Virus record (IMG/VR): IMGVR_UViG_3300047547_000161
Location: 3,128 to 67,127 of that record
Reading direction: 5' to 3' (one strand)
Origin: a virus
DNA: 64,000 bases
A program made the position numbers and the translations under genes. Within the stretch, counting starts at the first letter, position 1. Each line of letters starts with the position of its first letter. Below the pieces are notes generated by a model. That model saw only the letters and a list, made by a program, of their open reading frames with translations. It was not told the DNA's origin and searched no databases. This document shows positions 18,471 through 28,066 of the stretch, one piece after another.

Positions 18471-18519
18471 AAAACCAATCTAATGGCTAAATAGTGATAA
18501 GTAAATAAAAAATCAGAAT

Positions 18520-19347
18520 TTAACGAAAAAAATTCAAAATTTTAGTAAAAAAGTTTGGTGAGGCGTGTTTAACCACTTTAAACTTCCTAGTAGGTTTTTC
18601 CTCTTCGGTTTCTTTAAACATAGTAATGAAGTAACTGGTTAGCCTATGTCTAACAGTGTCTTTCTCACTAAATTCAACGACTTCAACACCTTCTACTGGA
18701 TTTGATTTAACTCTATTAGCCAAACGTTCCAAAGAACTTTCTTTTTTGTTCTTAAGGTCTATTTGCCCACTGTCACCTAAAACTATTACTTTGGTATTGT
18801 CGGAAAATCTGGTCAAAAATGTTTTAGCATTGTCGTGTGTAATATTTTGGAATTCATCAATAATGATAATCGCATTGGTAAAAGAGCGACCTCTTATTGC
18901 TCCAAATACTTCCATTTTGATAAGACCAGACTCAATTAGTTTGTTGGTGTTTGATTCACCGATTAGTTTATGAAAAGCATCTAAATATGACATCATGTGA
19001 AACTTAAGTTTATCCTTTTCATCACCTGGTAATGTGCCAAGTTCTTCATTCTTAAGTTGTGTGATAGATTTCACAAGTTTTATCTCTTTATACACCTCTG
19101 GGTTTTGTTTAAGTAATATAAGAGCCTCGAATACACTAAGAAGTGTTTTACCAGTACCAGCTGGGCCAGTACATATAGTTACATCATTCTTTTTGATTGC
19201 ATTGGTGAGTTTCTTTTGAACTTCGTTCTTGTGTTTGATATCTAGTTTGATATCGTTTAGAATTGACTGTTGATAACCAGTTTCAATTAAATTGAAATCT
19301 GTTTCTTTCTTTTTACGTTGTCTTGTTGCAGGTTGTTTTTTATTCAT
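18520..19347 (-). CDS. phoH: PhoH-family ATPase
   Basis: GPAGTGKT, LGTLPG, IRGRSF, IIIDEFQN, LGDSGQIDL, VRH. Confidence 0.95.
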   Translation of the reverse strand: MNKKQPATRQRKKKETDFNLIETGYQQSILNDIKLDIKHKNEVQKKLTNAIKKNDVTICTGPAGTGKTLLSVFEALILLKQNPEVYKEIKLVKSITQLKNEELGTLPGDEKDKLKFHMMSYLDAFHKLIGESNTNKLIESGLIKMEVFGAIRGRSFTNAIIIIDEFQNITHDNAKTFLTRFSDNTKVIVLGDSGQIDLKNKKESSLERLANRVKSNPVEGVEVVEFSEKDTVRHRLTSYFITMFKETEEEKPTRKFKVVKHASPNFFTKILNFFR

Positions 19348-19361
19348 GCATGACTTTTATT

Positions 19362-19369
19362 ATAAATAT
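19362..19369 (-). promoter_or_regulatory. Putative late promoter motif ATATTTAT
   Basis: 14 nt upstream of the phoH start. Confidence 0.65.
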
Positions 19370-20373
19370 CACCAAAAATTGAAGTTTGTCAATACATCAC
19401 AAATATATTCCGCTGAATGCCCGTTACCATATGGACAAGCTTGAAAATCGTGTTTTTTAGCCAAATTACGGTAAAATTCAGATTTTAGCATTCTTGGTGA
19501 CTCAACAAGGTGGCTAGTAAAACCAAGCGCTTCTGGTCTTTCAGTCACTTTTCTACACACTAGACACTGTTTGTTTAGAAACGAACATTCTTCTTGTAAA
19601 CCACCACTATCTGTTATGACCATTTTAGTTTTAACCAAAATCTCCAACAAATCTTCATGAGATAAAGGGTCTATAACTTTAACGTGTTTTAAAATGTGTT
19701 TTTTTGATTGAACGTTTGGATTAGGATGAATGGGTAAGATAAATTCATAGTTTGTGTGTTTTGCTAATTCATTTATTACTTCAAACCATTCGTCAATATT
19801 TTCATGGTTTTCGCGTCTATGTAACGTAACTAGAATTTGATTACCTTCTTCACATTTATCTTTATAAGATAGTAAGTTATCTAGAGCTGTGTTACCAACA
19901 ACGTATACATCATTAAAGATGTTTTCTTTTTTAAGGTTTTCAGCACTAACATTTGTAGGACATAGATGTATATCGGCGATGGTTGAAACTATTTTTCTGT
20001 TGTACTCTTCTGGATATGGGTTTTTTGTATCATAACTTCTTAACCCAGCTTCTAAGTGAATAACTGGTATTTGTCTGTGCATAGCAGCCATGGCCATACC
20101 AACAACAGATGTTGTATCACCTTGCACTATAACAGCTTTTACATCTTCAAAAACATGATAATTAAGAGTCATCAAATTAGCCATGATATTATCTAATCTA
20201 TTTTCGTGACTATATTCTTCGATATCCAAACGCATATCGTAGTAACCATTAACCAAAGTTTCGTGTTGACCAGTGAAGAATACCCTAAACGGTATTTCAC
20301 GTTTTCTCATTTCGTTAATGATGGGTTGTATCTTTATGTATTCTGGTCTAGTCCCGTATGTTAGTAGTATCAT
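19369..20373 (-). CDS. wecB: UDP-N-acetylglucosamine 2-epimerase (non-hydrolysing)
   Basis: GTRPEYIK, TGQH, VQGDTTS, HLEAGLRS, PYPEEYNR, TLHRREN, TDSGGLQEE, TERPE, PYGNG. Confidence 0.95.
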   Translation of the reverse strand: MILLTYGTRPEYIKIQPIINEMRKREIPFRVFFTGQHETLVNGYYDMRLDIEEYSHENRLDNIMANLMTLNYHVFEDVKAVIVQGDTTSVVGMAMAAMHRQIPVIHLEAGLRSYDTKNPYPEEYNRKIVSTIADIHLCPTNVSAENLKKENIFNDVYVVGNTALDNLLSYKDKCEEGNQILVTLHRRENHENIDEWFEVINELAKHTNYEFILPIHPNPNVQSKKHILKHVKVIDPLSHEDLLEILVKTKMVITDSGGLQEECSFLNKQCLVCRKVTERPEALGFTSHLVESPRMLKSEFYRNLAKKHDFQACPYGNGHSAEYICDVLTNFNFW

Positions 20374-20815
20374 CTGTTTTGTATTTTTCTATATAATCGC
20401 TGCAAACACCCACACATTTTGATACGTCAAAATTATGTTTTTCTGGCATCATAGCGATTGAACCCTCAATTGGTTCTTGGTCAACGTGTGATATAATATA
20501 AATTTTAGATGTTACTGTGGCTCTATCGTTTTCATGCCAAAAATAATTTATTTCATGTGTAAAATTTTTAAAATATTCCAACGCTTCTATATTTTTACAG
20601 TGTATCCAAAGTTTATTAGCCCGTTTTAAAAACCAGTTAATACTTAAACCACCATATAATGGTTTATCATGCCCTAACCAAATGATACCATCAACACACC
20701 AGACATCTATTTCAACATCATAACCTTTTTGAATCGCTAAATCAATATACGTTGGTTCATTTTCCCAAGATTCAAAACGACCATTAATGTTGCCCCTATG
20801 AGAAATTAGTATCAT
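20348..20815 (-). CDS. Small glycerophosphodiester-phosphodiesterase/PLC-like protein
   Basis: ISHRGN, ENEP, DVEIDVW, LGHD, WIHCKN, GVCSD. Confidence 0.75.
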   Translation of the reverse strand: MILISHRGNINGRFESWENEPTYIDLAIQKGYDVEIDVWCVDGIIWLGHDKPLYGGLSINWFLKRANKLWIHCKNIEALEYFKNFTHEINYFWHENDRATVTSKIYIISHVDQEPIEGSIAMMPEKHNFDVSKCVGVCSDYIEKYKTDDTTNIRD

Positions 20816-21465
20816 AAATTTTTGTTTGTTGCAATAATATCCCCTTCGTTAAATGGGTGATAAGCTTCGTTTATGAATATCAATTCAAAACCGTTTTCTT
20901 CTAAAAATTTAACTAGGTCTGTTTTAAGTAAATGACCCTCGTAGTATGGTAGCTCAGATGCCTCACAGTGTATAAATTTAACTTGTTTGATTTTATCACC
21001 CATACTTTTCAAAGCATCCAATTCAACACCTTGTGTATCTAACCACATAACATCAACAGTATCAATATTATTTTCATCTAACCATTCACCTAATCTAACT
21101 GATGGTACCGATATTTTGGTAAATGCTTGCGTTGACGCAAATGGTACATTCATAGGTTTTAATAATGATGAAGCACCAACATTACCGTGCGTCACATAGA
21201 AATCTAGTGTTCCGTTAGTATTACTAATTGCTAGTTGTGCGACTTCAATATTTGGGTATTGTTTTGACCTTTCAAAACAAATATCATATTGCGGTGGATT
21301 TGGTTCAAAGGCGAATATCTTTGCCTCACCAAACACAGAGTTAAACTCAATGCTTTGGTCCAAATCTCTAGAGCCAATATCTAGGATTACGTTAGGTACG
21401 TAATCTGGTTTTACTGTACGTATATGTGTTATGAATTTATCTATTAGCATTACTTTTTCCCCCAT
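20812..21465 (-). CDS. FkbM-family methyltransferase
   Basis: ILDIGS, FAFEPNP, ASSLL, MWLDTQGVELDAL. Confidence 0.9.
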   Translation of the reverse strand: MGEKVMLIDKFITHIRTVKPDYVPNVILDIGSRDLDQSIEFNSVFGEAKIFAFEPNPPQYDICFERSKQYPNIEVAQLAISNTNGTLDFYVTHGNVGASSLLKPMNVPFASTQAFTKISVPSVRLGEWLDENNIDTVDVMWLDTQGVELDALKSMGDKIKQVKFIHCEASELPYYEGHLLKTDLVKFLEENGFELIFINEAYHPFNEGDIIATNKNL

Positions 21466-22625
21466 TTTTCTATTGCCTTGTTATATTCTTCACCGTAGTT
21501 TTTATCTATCGCTTGACGCATAGCTAAACAACCGCCATATGTTCCGTCTGGGTGTCCATGAAGAGCGCCACCGACATTTGCCATATAATCAACACCTATG
21601 TTTTCATTTATGAAATCAATTAAACCTGGATGCATACCACAGCTAAGTGCTGGTGTTACGTCATGGTCTCTTAACACTTTAAGGACTTTTATCAACTCTT
21701 CTTTTTCATCATTTAGATAACCACCATACATACCAGCGTGTATTGAGTCAACACCCATGTACGCTGCTAGTTTACAGATAACATACCACTCAATTCTAAA
21801 GTCGTGAGTTTTGTTAGTTAAAATCTTATCACCACTTTTTTGAAAATGAATAAAGATTGGGAGATTCAAATCTCTGATAGATTTGTATACACCCATACCA
21901 GACCAAAAGTTTACGTGTACTGAGTTACCACCTAATTCATGTACTAATTTAACTCTATCTAAAATATATGCTGGGTCTGAGTTTATACATACAGAGTAAA
22001 TAACATTTTTACCTTTTAAGTATTCCATGATTTTAGGTACCCTATCTTCTATCTTACAAAAACTTGGGTTTGATAAGATTTCATCTTCTTTGATAAAATT
22101 GACACCACCTTCAACCATTTCTTTAACCATCTCTAGCAAAGTGTCGCTAGAGATACCTGTTTTAGGTTTAACAATACCACCAAAAAGAGGCTTGTCAAAT
22201 GTGTTGGTAAATTCTCTGAACCCACTTAACCCATATGAAGGTTTCTTAAACGTTTGTTTAATTGATTCAGGGAATTCAATATCCAATACGTGACATTTAG
22301 TTATGTTATCAATATCCAATTGACCACCCATGATAAAACATAAAAGTTGTGAGACACCATCTGTGTCCCAGTCGATGTTAATTTTAGGGAAGGCAATTTC
22401 TACGTTACCGTCTTTTTTGGTTTTGAGTTCTTCTTCATCACCAATAACCATGGCTGAATATTTTTCAAATAACTCGTCACTTTCCCATTTATTTCTAACG
22501 TTAGGATTACCAACGCTTTGACCTATTGCTAAGTTCCAAGCAGCGTCTCTTAAAGAGGTTACAGACTCAAGGTAGTATTTAACCATGATGTAATCTTCTC
22601 TGTTTATTTCTTGTTTAAATATCAT
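21450..22625 (-). CDS. RuBisCO-like protein (form IV-type, non-carboxylating)
   Basis: GIVKPKTG, GGVNFIKEDE, GVDSIHAG, PALSCGMHP, VGGALHGHPDG...AMRQA. Equivalents of E60, N123, H294 and K334 are substituted. Confidence 0.92.
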   Translation of the reverse strand: MIFKQEINREDYIMVKYYLESVTSLRDAAWNLAIGQSVGNPNVRNKWESDELFEKYSAMVIGDEEELKTKKDGNVEIAFPKINIDWDTDGVSQLLCFIMGGQLDIDNITKCHVLDIEFPESIKQTFKKPSYGLSGFREFTNTFDKPLFGGIVKPKTGISSDTLLEMVKEMVEGGVNFIKEDEILSNPSFCKIEDRVPKIMEYLKGKNVIYSVCINSDPAYILDRVKLVHELGGNSVHVNFWSGMGVYKSIRDLNLPIFIHFQKSGDKILTNKTHDFRIEWYVICKLAAYMGVDSIHAGMYGGYLNDEKEELIKVLKVLRDHDVTPALSCGMHPGLIDFINENIGVDYMANVGGALHGHPDGTYGGCLAMRQAIDKNYGEEYNKAIEKWGKK

Positions 22626-22945
22626 TTTACAATTACTTTATCATCAACAATTGATGGGGTTTTTATTATTACCAATTCACAATCTTCTAAGAATGTTGGT
22701 GCCGCCACAAACATTGGTTCTATTACGAAGATTTCACCTTCGTTAATTTCCGTGTCGTTAATCATCATCTTACCTTTAACTAGTAGATTTATTTCATGGA
22801 CATGTTCGTGATAATGGGTATCCCAAAATTCACCTTTTTTGTGTTTCTTATAACATACTTCAAAATCTTTAGAAGTAAATGCTGCTGGTTGGAAATTACC
22901 CACAAACCAGCCGCCAACCATATCTTTTAAATTATAGATTTGCAT
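22622..22945 (-). CDS. Cupin-domain protein
   Basis: GWFVGNF, HYHEHVHEINLLVKG metal-binding motif; 107 aa. Confidence 0.85.
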   Translation of the reverse strand: MQIYNLKDMVGGWFVGNFQPAAFTSKDFEVCYKKHKKGEFWDTHYHEHVHEINLLVKGKMMINDTEINEGEIFVIEPMFVAAPTFLEDCELVIIKTPSIVDDKVIVK

Positions 22946-23669
22946 GGTCTAAATATAGTTTTAAATCGCTGGGTGTACCTACAGCCCAGTGTTTATTTGT
23001 TGGTATTTCGTAAATTCCTATTTTCTTACCTAGTTCAATAAGTTCGTTATAGGTTTGTGAAACGTAAAATTCGTTATTGTAACGTATGTTTTTTTCAATC
23101 ATTTGCTTTGTTGATAAGACAAAATCTGAACCTTTCTTCCAGAAGTGGATTCCATTTAGTGAATGCTCACTTATTATTTGTTTTTCAGCAAACATTACGG
23201 CGTTACCGTTTTCGTCTATTTTCACGTAACTATTTTTTTCGGTAACTACATTATAAGTAACAACCAAACCATCTTTATCTGTGTTGAAGATGGCATCACT
23301 AAATTCATTTTCACCCCACTCCATGATTTGGTCACAATTTGCTATTACTAGAGGTGTGTCATTATCAATGTATTCAGAAGCCAATAAAGCAGTACTAGCT
23401 GGTCCTTCTGTCAAATAATCAATTTCGATAATTATTGCATCAGGAACTACTCTTTTTATTTCTGATACAAGCTCTTCCAATTGACCGTTACCCTTATTAA
23501 CCACGAAAATAAATTGACCAGATAGCTGTAAAGAATTTATGGCTAGTTCAATCATTGTCTTATCACCTATCTTAATCATTGGTTTGATATCTGTGTAACC
23601 GTCAATTTTAAATCTAGAGCCAGTACCAGCTGCTGGTATTAAAATGTTTAACTTATTTGTCATATTCAA
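22932..23669 (-). CDS. Sugar-phosphate nucleotidyltransferase (NTP-transferase, GT-A fold)
   Basis: LIPAAGTGSRF...KPMI, TEGPAST, IANCDQ, SYVK, AEK, NNEFYV, VGTPSDL. Confidence 0.88.
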   Translation of the reverse strand: MNMTNKLNILIPAAGTGSRFKIDGYTDIKPMIKIGDKTMIELAINSLQLSGQFIFVVNKGNGQLEELVSEIKRVVPDAIIIEIDYLTEGPASTALLASEYIDNDTPLVIANCDQIMEWGENEFSDAIFNTDKDGLVVTYNVVTEKNSYVKIDENGNAVMFAEKQIISEHSLNGIHFWKKGSDFVLSTKQMIEKNIRYNNEFYVSQTYNELIELGKKIGIYEIPTNKHWAVGTPSDLKLYLDHANL

Positions 23670-24240
23670 ATGCTGGGTATTTTTTGTAATCTTTGATACT
23701 TATATTCTTTTTTAACCATAAGATATCATTATCGTTGTTTAATTTTCCACCAAACAAACTTACCTTTTTACCTTGTTGGTTTATGTATTCCGTAATAATT
23801 GCTTCGGCATGTGTTGGGTATATATTTGTGAAGCTCCAGATGTTAATCATTGTATCTGTTTCCGATTCCATGACGTAATCAACAAAGTAGTCACTCCTAT
23901 CTGGCATTACATGATGGTAAAACAAGATGTTTATGTCTTCAGATAATGAACCCAACAAAGCCTCTGCATTCGTTGGTATCATATCGCTTCTCCATTTAAA
24001 CACCCTGTCATACCCTAATTCTTTGGCCTTTAAAACACCGTTATATGTGCTTACTTTTTGTAAGTTAACATTGCCAAAACCAGTCTCGTTTGGTTTCGGC
24101 GAATAAACCACAATATCATCTTCTTGATAGTGCGAATCTTCTCCGCTCCAAGTAGACCAAATTAAATCATAACCATCCCAAGCCCTTTTTAATTCATTAA
24201 CATGTGTTGATGGACCTTGAATCACTATTGCACGTTTCAT
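23653..24240 (-). CDS. WavE-like protein (putative transferase)
   Basis: AIVIQGP, IWSTW, NVNLQKVSTYNG, KWRSD match the WavE LPS-synthesis family pattern. Confidence 0.65.
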   Translation of the reverse strand: MKRAIVIQGPSTHVNELKRAWDGYDLIWSTWSGEDSHYQEDDIVVYSPKPNETGFGNVNLQKVSTYNGVLKAKELGYDRVFKWRSDMIPTNAEALLGSLSEDINILFYHHVMPDRSDYFVDYVMESETDTMINIWSFTNIYPTHAEAIITEYINQQGKKVSLFGGKLNNDNDILWLKKNISIKDYKKYPAFEYDK

Positions 24241-25268
24241 TTGCTGACTTGTTCTTCAATCCATTCATAGGTTTCCATTAAACCATTAAACAATGGCTCG
24301 GAAACAACCCAACCAACTTTTTCTTTATAGAGATTGTTATCTGAATTTCTACCTTTAACACCAATAGGACATTTGTGTCCGTATTTTATAAGGAATTCAT
24401 CACCATAAATGTTTTTTATTTTTATATTTTTTCTTGATAGGATAATAGCCATTCTAGCTAATTCGTTTATTGTAACCATTTCCTCAGAACCAATATTAAC
24501 TGGTCCCATGAAGCCAGAATCCATTAATCTTAAAATGGCTTCAACACATTCATCAATGTATAAGAATGAACGAGTCTGTGTACCATCTCCCCAAACCTCA
24601 AGTATTCCACCATCTGGTGTTTCAGCAGCCTTTCTACACATAGCAGCTGGTGCTTTTTCTTTGCCACCTTTCCAAGTACCTTGTGGTCCAAATATGTTGT
24701 GAAATCTAGCTATTCTAACGTTTAATCCGTGATTTCTGTGATAAGCCATGTATAGGCGCTCACTAAACAATTTTTCCCAACCATATTCAGAATCTGGGTT
24801 TGCTGGGTACGCTGAAGATTCTTCACAATTAGGGTTTTCTGGGTCTAGTTGATTATGTTCTGGATACATACAAGCTGATGAAGAATAGAACAGTTTCTTA
24901 ACATTTTTATCAGTGGCTTCTTTAGCAACATTTAAGTTGATTAATGCTGAATTATGCATAACATCTGAATCGTGTTCACCAGTAAAAATATATCCAGCAC
25001 CACCCATGTCAGCGGCTAATTGATATACTTCATCAAATGAATTTACATTATCTTTTGGTGACATTTGTTGTGGCGCATACATAACGACAGAAACCAACGA
25101 TGGGTCTCTTAAATCACCGACTATGAATTCGTCACATATTTCTTTTTCGTCAAAATATTCGTGTCTTTTAATATCAACGATTCTCACCCAATGCCCTTCT
25201 TGTTTTAATCTTTTAGCTAGATGACCACCAATGAAGCCGCCACCACCTAAAATCAATATTGTTTTCAT
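24237..25268 (-). CDS. NAD-dependent epimerase, GDP-mannose 3',5'-epimerase-like
   Basis: GGGGFIG, QLAADMGGAGYI, YSSSACMYP, YGWEK, RFHNIFGP, GGKEKAPAAMCRK, GVKGRNSDN. Confidence 0.9.
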   Translation of the reverse strand: MKTILILGGGGFIGGHLAKRLKQEGHWVRIVDIKRHEYFDEKEICDEFIVGDLRDPSLVSVVMYAPQQMSPKDNVNSFDEVYQLAADMGGAGYIFTGEHDSDVMHNSALINLNVAKEATDKNVKKLFYSSSACMYPEHNQLDPENPNCEESSAYPANPDSEYGWEKLFSERLYMAYHRNHGLNVRIARFHNIFGPQGTWKGGKEKAPAAMCRKAAETPDGGILEVWGDGTQTRSFLYIDECVEAILRLMDSGFMGPVNIGSEEMVTINELARMAIILSRKNIKIKNIYGDEFLIKYGHKCPIGVKGRNSDNNLYKEKVGWVVSEPLFNGLMETYEWIEEQVSK

Positions 25269-25846
25269 AAATTTTTAAGTATCTCAGTATATTCTTTGTT
25301 TTCACAAATTATGTGTTTGTATAAGGTCTCATCAATATAGTTAGGGTTAATCCACCAATCTTCAAAAGGATTCCCACTACATTTAACGTTTTTACAAACT
25401 AAAACGTATCCTAATTTTTCCAATAATTCTCTTTGTGGTTTTGCTTCAGTTAATTCATACCCCCTATATGAATCATGTTCAACTGTAATGACTTTAAATG
25501 TTCTATTGGATTCTAAAACTTTTTTTAAAGCTTTAAAACGGTGACCGTCACCTTCAATGTCTACTGTTAAATAATCAATAACCATTGGCATTTCATTTTC
25601 ATCGAACAACGAAGTGTAATCGGTTAATAAAGCATCGCCTTGTACAAATTTTGTTTTTCTAATCGCCCATTCTTCTGACATATCCAATATGTCTAATGAT
25701 AAACCATTCCAACCCATTTGTTCAAACATCAAAGTATTATTTAGTTCTTCTGGCATCCAACAACCAACGTCAACAAAAGTTCCGTTATTTATTGGCAACA
25801 TCTTCTTTATGAAAACATCTTGTCCCGATTGTGAGTGTGTGTTCAT
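25265..25846 (-). CDS. FkbM-like SAM-dependent methyltransferase
   Basis: SQSGQD, FVDVG, NNT, IDYLTVDIEG, ITVEH, EDWW. Confidence 0.8.
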   Translation of the reverse strand: MNTHSQSGQDVFIKKMLPINNGTFVDVGCWMPEELNNTLMFEQMGWNGLSLDILDMSEEWAIRKTKFVQGDALLTDYTSLFDENEMPMVIDYLTVDIEGDGHRFKALKKVLESNRTFKVITVEHDSYRGYELTEAKPQRELLEKLGYVLVCKNVKCSGNPFEDWWINPNYIDETLYKHIICENKEYTEILKNL

Positions 25847-26598
25847 TTTAATAGGTATTTAGCTCTTTCAATACAAGCTTGTTTGTTATCGTATAAATGG
25901 TCAACTATATCGTGTGTCTGAATGATTTTATAGCCATTGGTTTTGAATATCCAGTTATTGGCCGTTTGTTCGCAACAATGCCAAATTTTAACACCCAAAT
26001 CACTAACATCGCTGATATCAACATCAACCATTTTATCACAAATGGTTTTTAGTTCGGTTTCTGGGTAATTAGCTGGTATACCTAACACACCCAAATTATA
26101 GATTGGTAGTGACAAATCTTTGACCGTTTCTTGCACCACTTTTATCTCACCCATTCTTGGGTCTCCCTCACCAACCAATCGTTCGTATTTCCAAACAAAA
26201 ACAGCGTTGTCTTCTGGAGATGGTAATTGACCAGTAAAGACCAAATCATTATCTATTTTTACTGTAAAATCATCATTGCTTTTGGCACAATAAATAAAAT
26301 GGGTTAACATATCAAAGCTGTATCTAGACTCCCTTAATTTATTAATGTCTTCACTAAAATCAACATACACAACATTTTGAGGAACGCTGTATTTTTCCAT
26401 TTTTGATTTTAAAAAATCAACGTCATCGGTGTAAATGTGTAATGTTTGTTCCCTATGTTTATCCAAAAATGTCGCATATGACGCCGCTGAATATTCAAAT
26501 ATGAAATCTTTATCGCCATAGACACTTGGTGCCCATTTTCTACCAATATCAATTAATTTTGGTAGACTATAGTTGTATGTTAATGCTATTACTTTCAT
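25843..26598 (-). CDS. Putative GT-A-fold glycosyltransferase
   Basis: HIYTDD, KIDND (DxD), YNLGVLG, CEQ; lies in the glycan operon. Confidence 0.6.
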   Translation of the reverse strand: MKVIALTYNYSLPKLIDIGRKWAPSVYGDKDFIFEYSAASYATFLDKHREQTLHIYTDDVDFLKSKMEKYSVPQNVVYVDFSEDINKLRESRYSFDMLTHFIYCAKSNDDFTVKIDNDLVFTGQLPSPEDNAVFVWKYERLVGEGDPRMGEIKVVQETVKDLSLPIYNLGVLGIPANYPETELKTICDKMVDVDISDVSDLGVKIWHCCEQTANNWIFKTNGYKIIQTHDIVDHLYDNKQACIERAKYLLK

Positions 26599-26615
26599 CG
26601 GTAAAATTTAACAGT

Positions 26616-27377
26616 TTAAACGGATTTGTCAAGTTTTTTTGCTGAAAAATAGTACATTCCTTGTCCGTGTTCTATCTTTATAATCCTACACTCATAACCT
26701 TTCTTTTCAAGTTGTGGTATTATTGTTTCAGTTAACCAACCCATATTATTCTCGTTATAAAAATAATCACCCATCGCTATAAAAATGTTATCATGTTCTA
26801 ACATTTTAAGATTATTGACGTAGTAATCCCTAGTATTTATTGGTGTCTCGGAAATAGACCATAAGGCTAAGAATAATGACCCAGTTTTAACATCAGTGAT
26901 TTTATCCTCACCAGAAAGTAATGAAATATCTGTGATAGAATTTTGTTTTAAATAATAGTCTTGTATTCTACAAAGTTCTGGTATGTCATAGATAATGAAA
27001 TCACCACTGAAACCAGCTTTTCTAAAAAGTCTAGCGGTATTACCGTAACCACCACCAAATTCTGTTACCATAGAAAAATCAGACAGCTGAATGCCGATAT
27101 TATCCATCATTATTTGTAGTGAATAGGCGTGATGTAAATTATTGGTTGACGACATTGAGTAGATTGGGTGGGAGTTTGGTTGTAATACCGACTCACCTAT
27201 TTTATCACTCCAATAACCCCAATTATTCCTCAAATAATCAACTTCAACTGAATCTACCCCAGCTATCATTGTATTAATTAAAACATCCCACGTCATAAAC
27301 GTAGAAATATCTTTTGTGTCTAAGTAATTTTTTATTCTGTTTGTGAATGATTCCCACTCACCTAAATTTATGCTCAT
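26616..27377 (-). CDS. Putative sugar O-methyltransferase
   Basis: EFGGGYG SAM motif, YDIPE...QDYYL, ALWSISE. Confidence 0.8.
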   Translation of the reverse strand: MSINLGEWESFTNRIKNYLDTKDISTFMTWDVLINTMIAGVDSVEVDYLRNNWGYWSDKIGESVLQPNSHPIYSMSSTNNLHHAYSLQIMMDNIGIQLSDFSMVTEFGGGYGNTARLFRKAGFSGDFIIYDIPELCRIQDYYLKQNSITDISLLSGEDKITDVKTGSLFLALWSISETPINTRDYYVNNLKMLEHDNIFIAMGDYFYNENNMGWLTETIIPQLEKKGYECRIIKIEHGQGMYYFSAKKLDKSV

Positions 27378-28066
27378 ATTGTTCCTCTATTGTTTATATC
27401 TATGTGATATTGGTTTGTTAACCTAGTTAGTTCTTCAGCGTATTCAGATGTTATCCACTTACCCTTAACCAAAGCTGTTGCTATGTATGGGTAAACATTG
27501 CTATCATGGTGATTACCACCTCTTTTGGGTTCGTTATCAAAATGACACAAACCCTTTATGTTATTGGCTTTCATGAAGTCTTTATACCTATGTGTTTCTA
27601 ACCATTTTGATTCATGAACATTTTTTAAAATGTTGATGTAGTCTTTGGTTTTCCATATGGTAGCTTGCATTGCAAAGATGTAATCATTATCTGATGAAAT
27701 TTCATAAAGTGTGTCGGTTATTTGTTGGTTTATTTCACCTGATTTAATCAACCTAACAAATGAATAATCACTGTTTTTCAAAAACATAGAATATTCGTTT
27801 AGTTTGTGTTCTTTTACTCTATCGTATAAAATAAAGTCTTCTTGTAGGTACATAAACTGCTCTACATTCAATTTCTCCAATGCATTTATCCAGACATCAG
27901 AATAGTTATCAGACTCTGAATACAGGTATTGTTTATCTTCTGGCCAATATGGTATCAGTTTATCAGTTATAAAAATAATTGGCCAACTAAGCTTTTTAGT
28001 TTGTTCACCTATGAACATAGGCCATATATCACTACATTTGCTATTTGTGTATACAACTTGTACCAT
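27374..28066 (-). CDS. Putative GT-A-fold glycosyltransferase
   Basis: MYLQEDF, QATIW, TALVKGKW; lies in the glycan operon. Confidence 0.55.
   Translation of the reverse strand: MVQVVYTNSKCSDIWPMFIGEQTKKLSWPIIFITDKLIPYWPEDKQYLYSESDNYSDVWINALEKLNVEQFMYLQEDFILYDRVKEHKLNEYSMFLKNSDYSFVRLIKSGEINQQITDTLYEISSDNDYIFAMQATIWKTKDYINILKNVHESKWLETHRYKDFMKANNIKGLCHFDNEPKRGGNHHDSNVYPYIATALVKGKWITSEYAEELTRLTNQYHIDINNRGTI

Noticed and set aside
21450-22625. A true CO2-fixing RuBisCO (rbcL)
   Set aside because: Equivalents of E60, N123, H294 and K334 are substituted, and there is no small subunit or phosphoribulokinase nearby.
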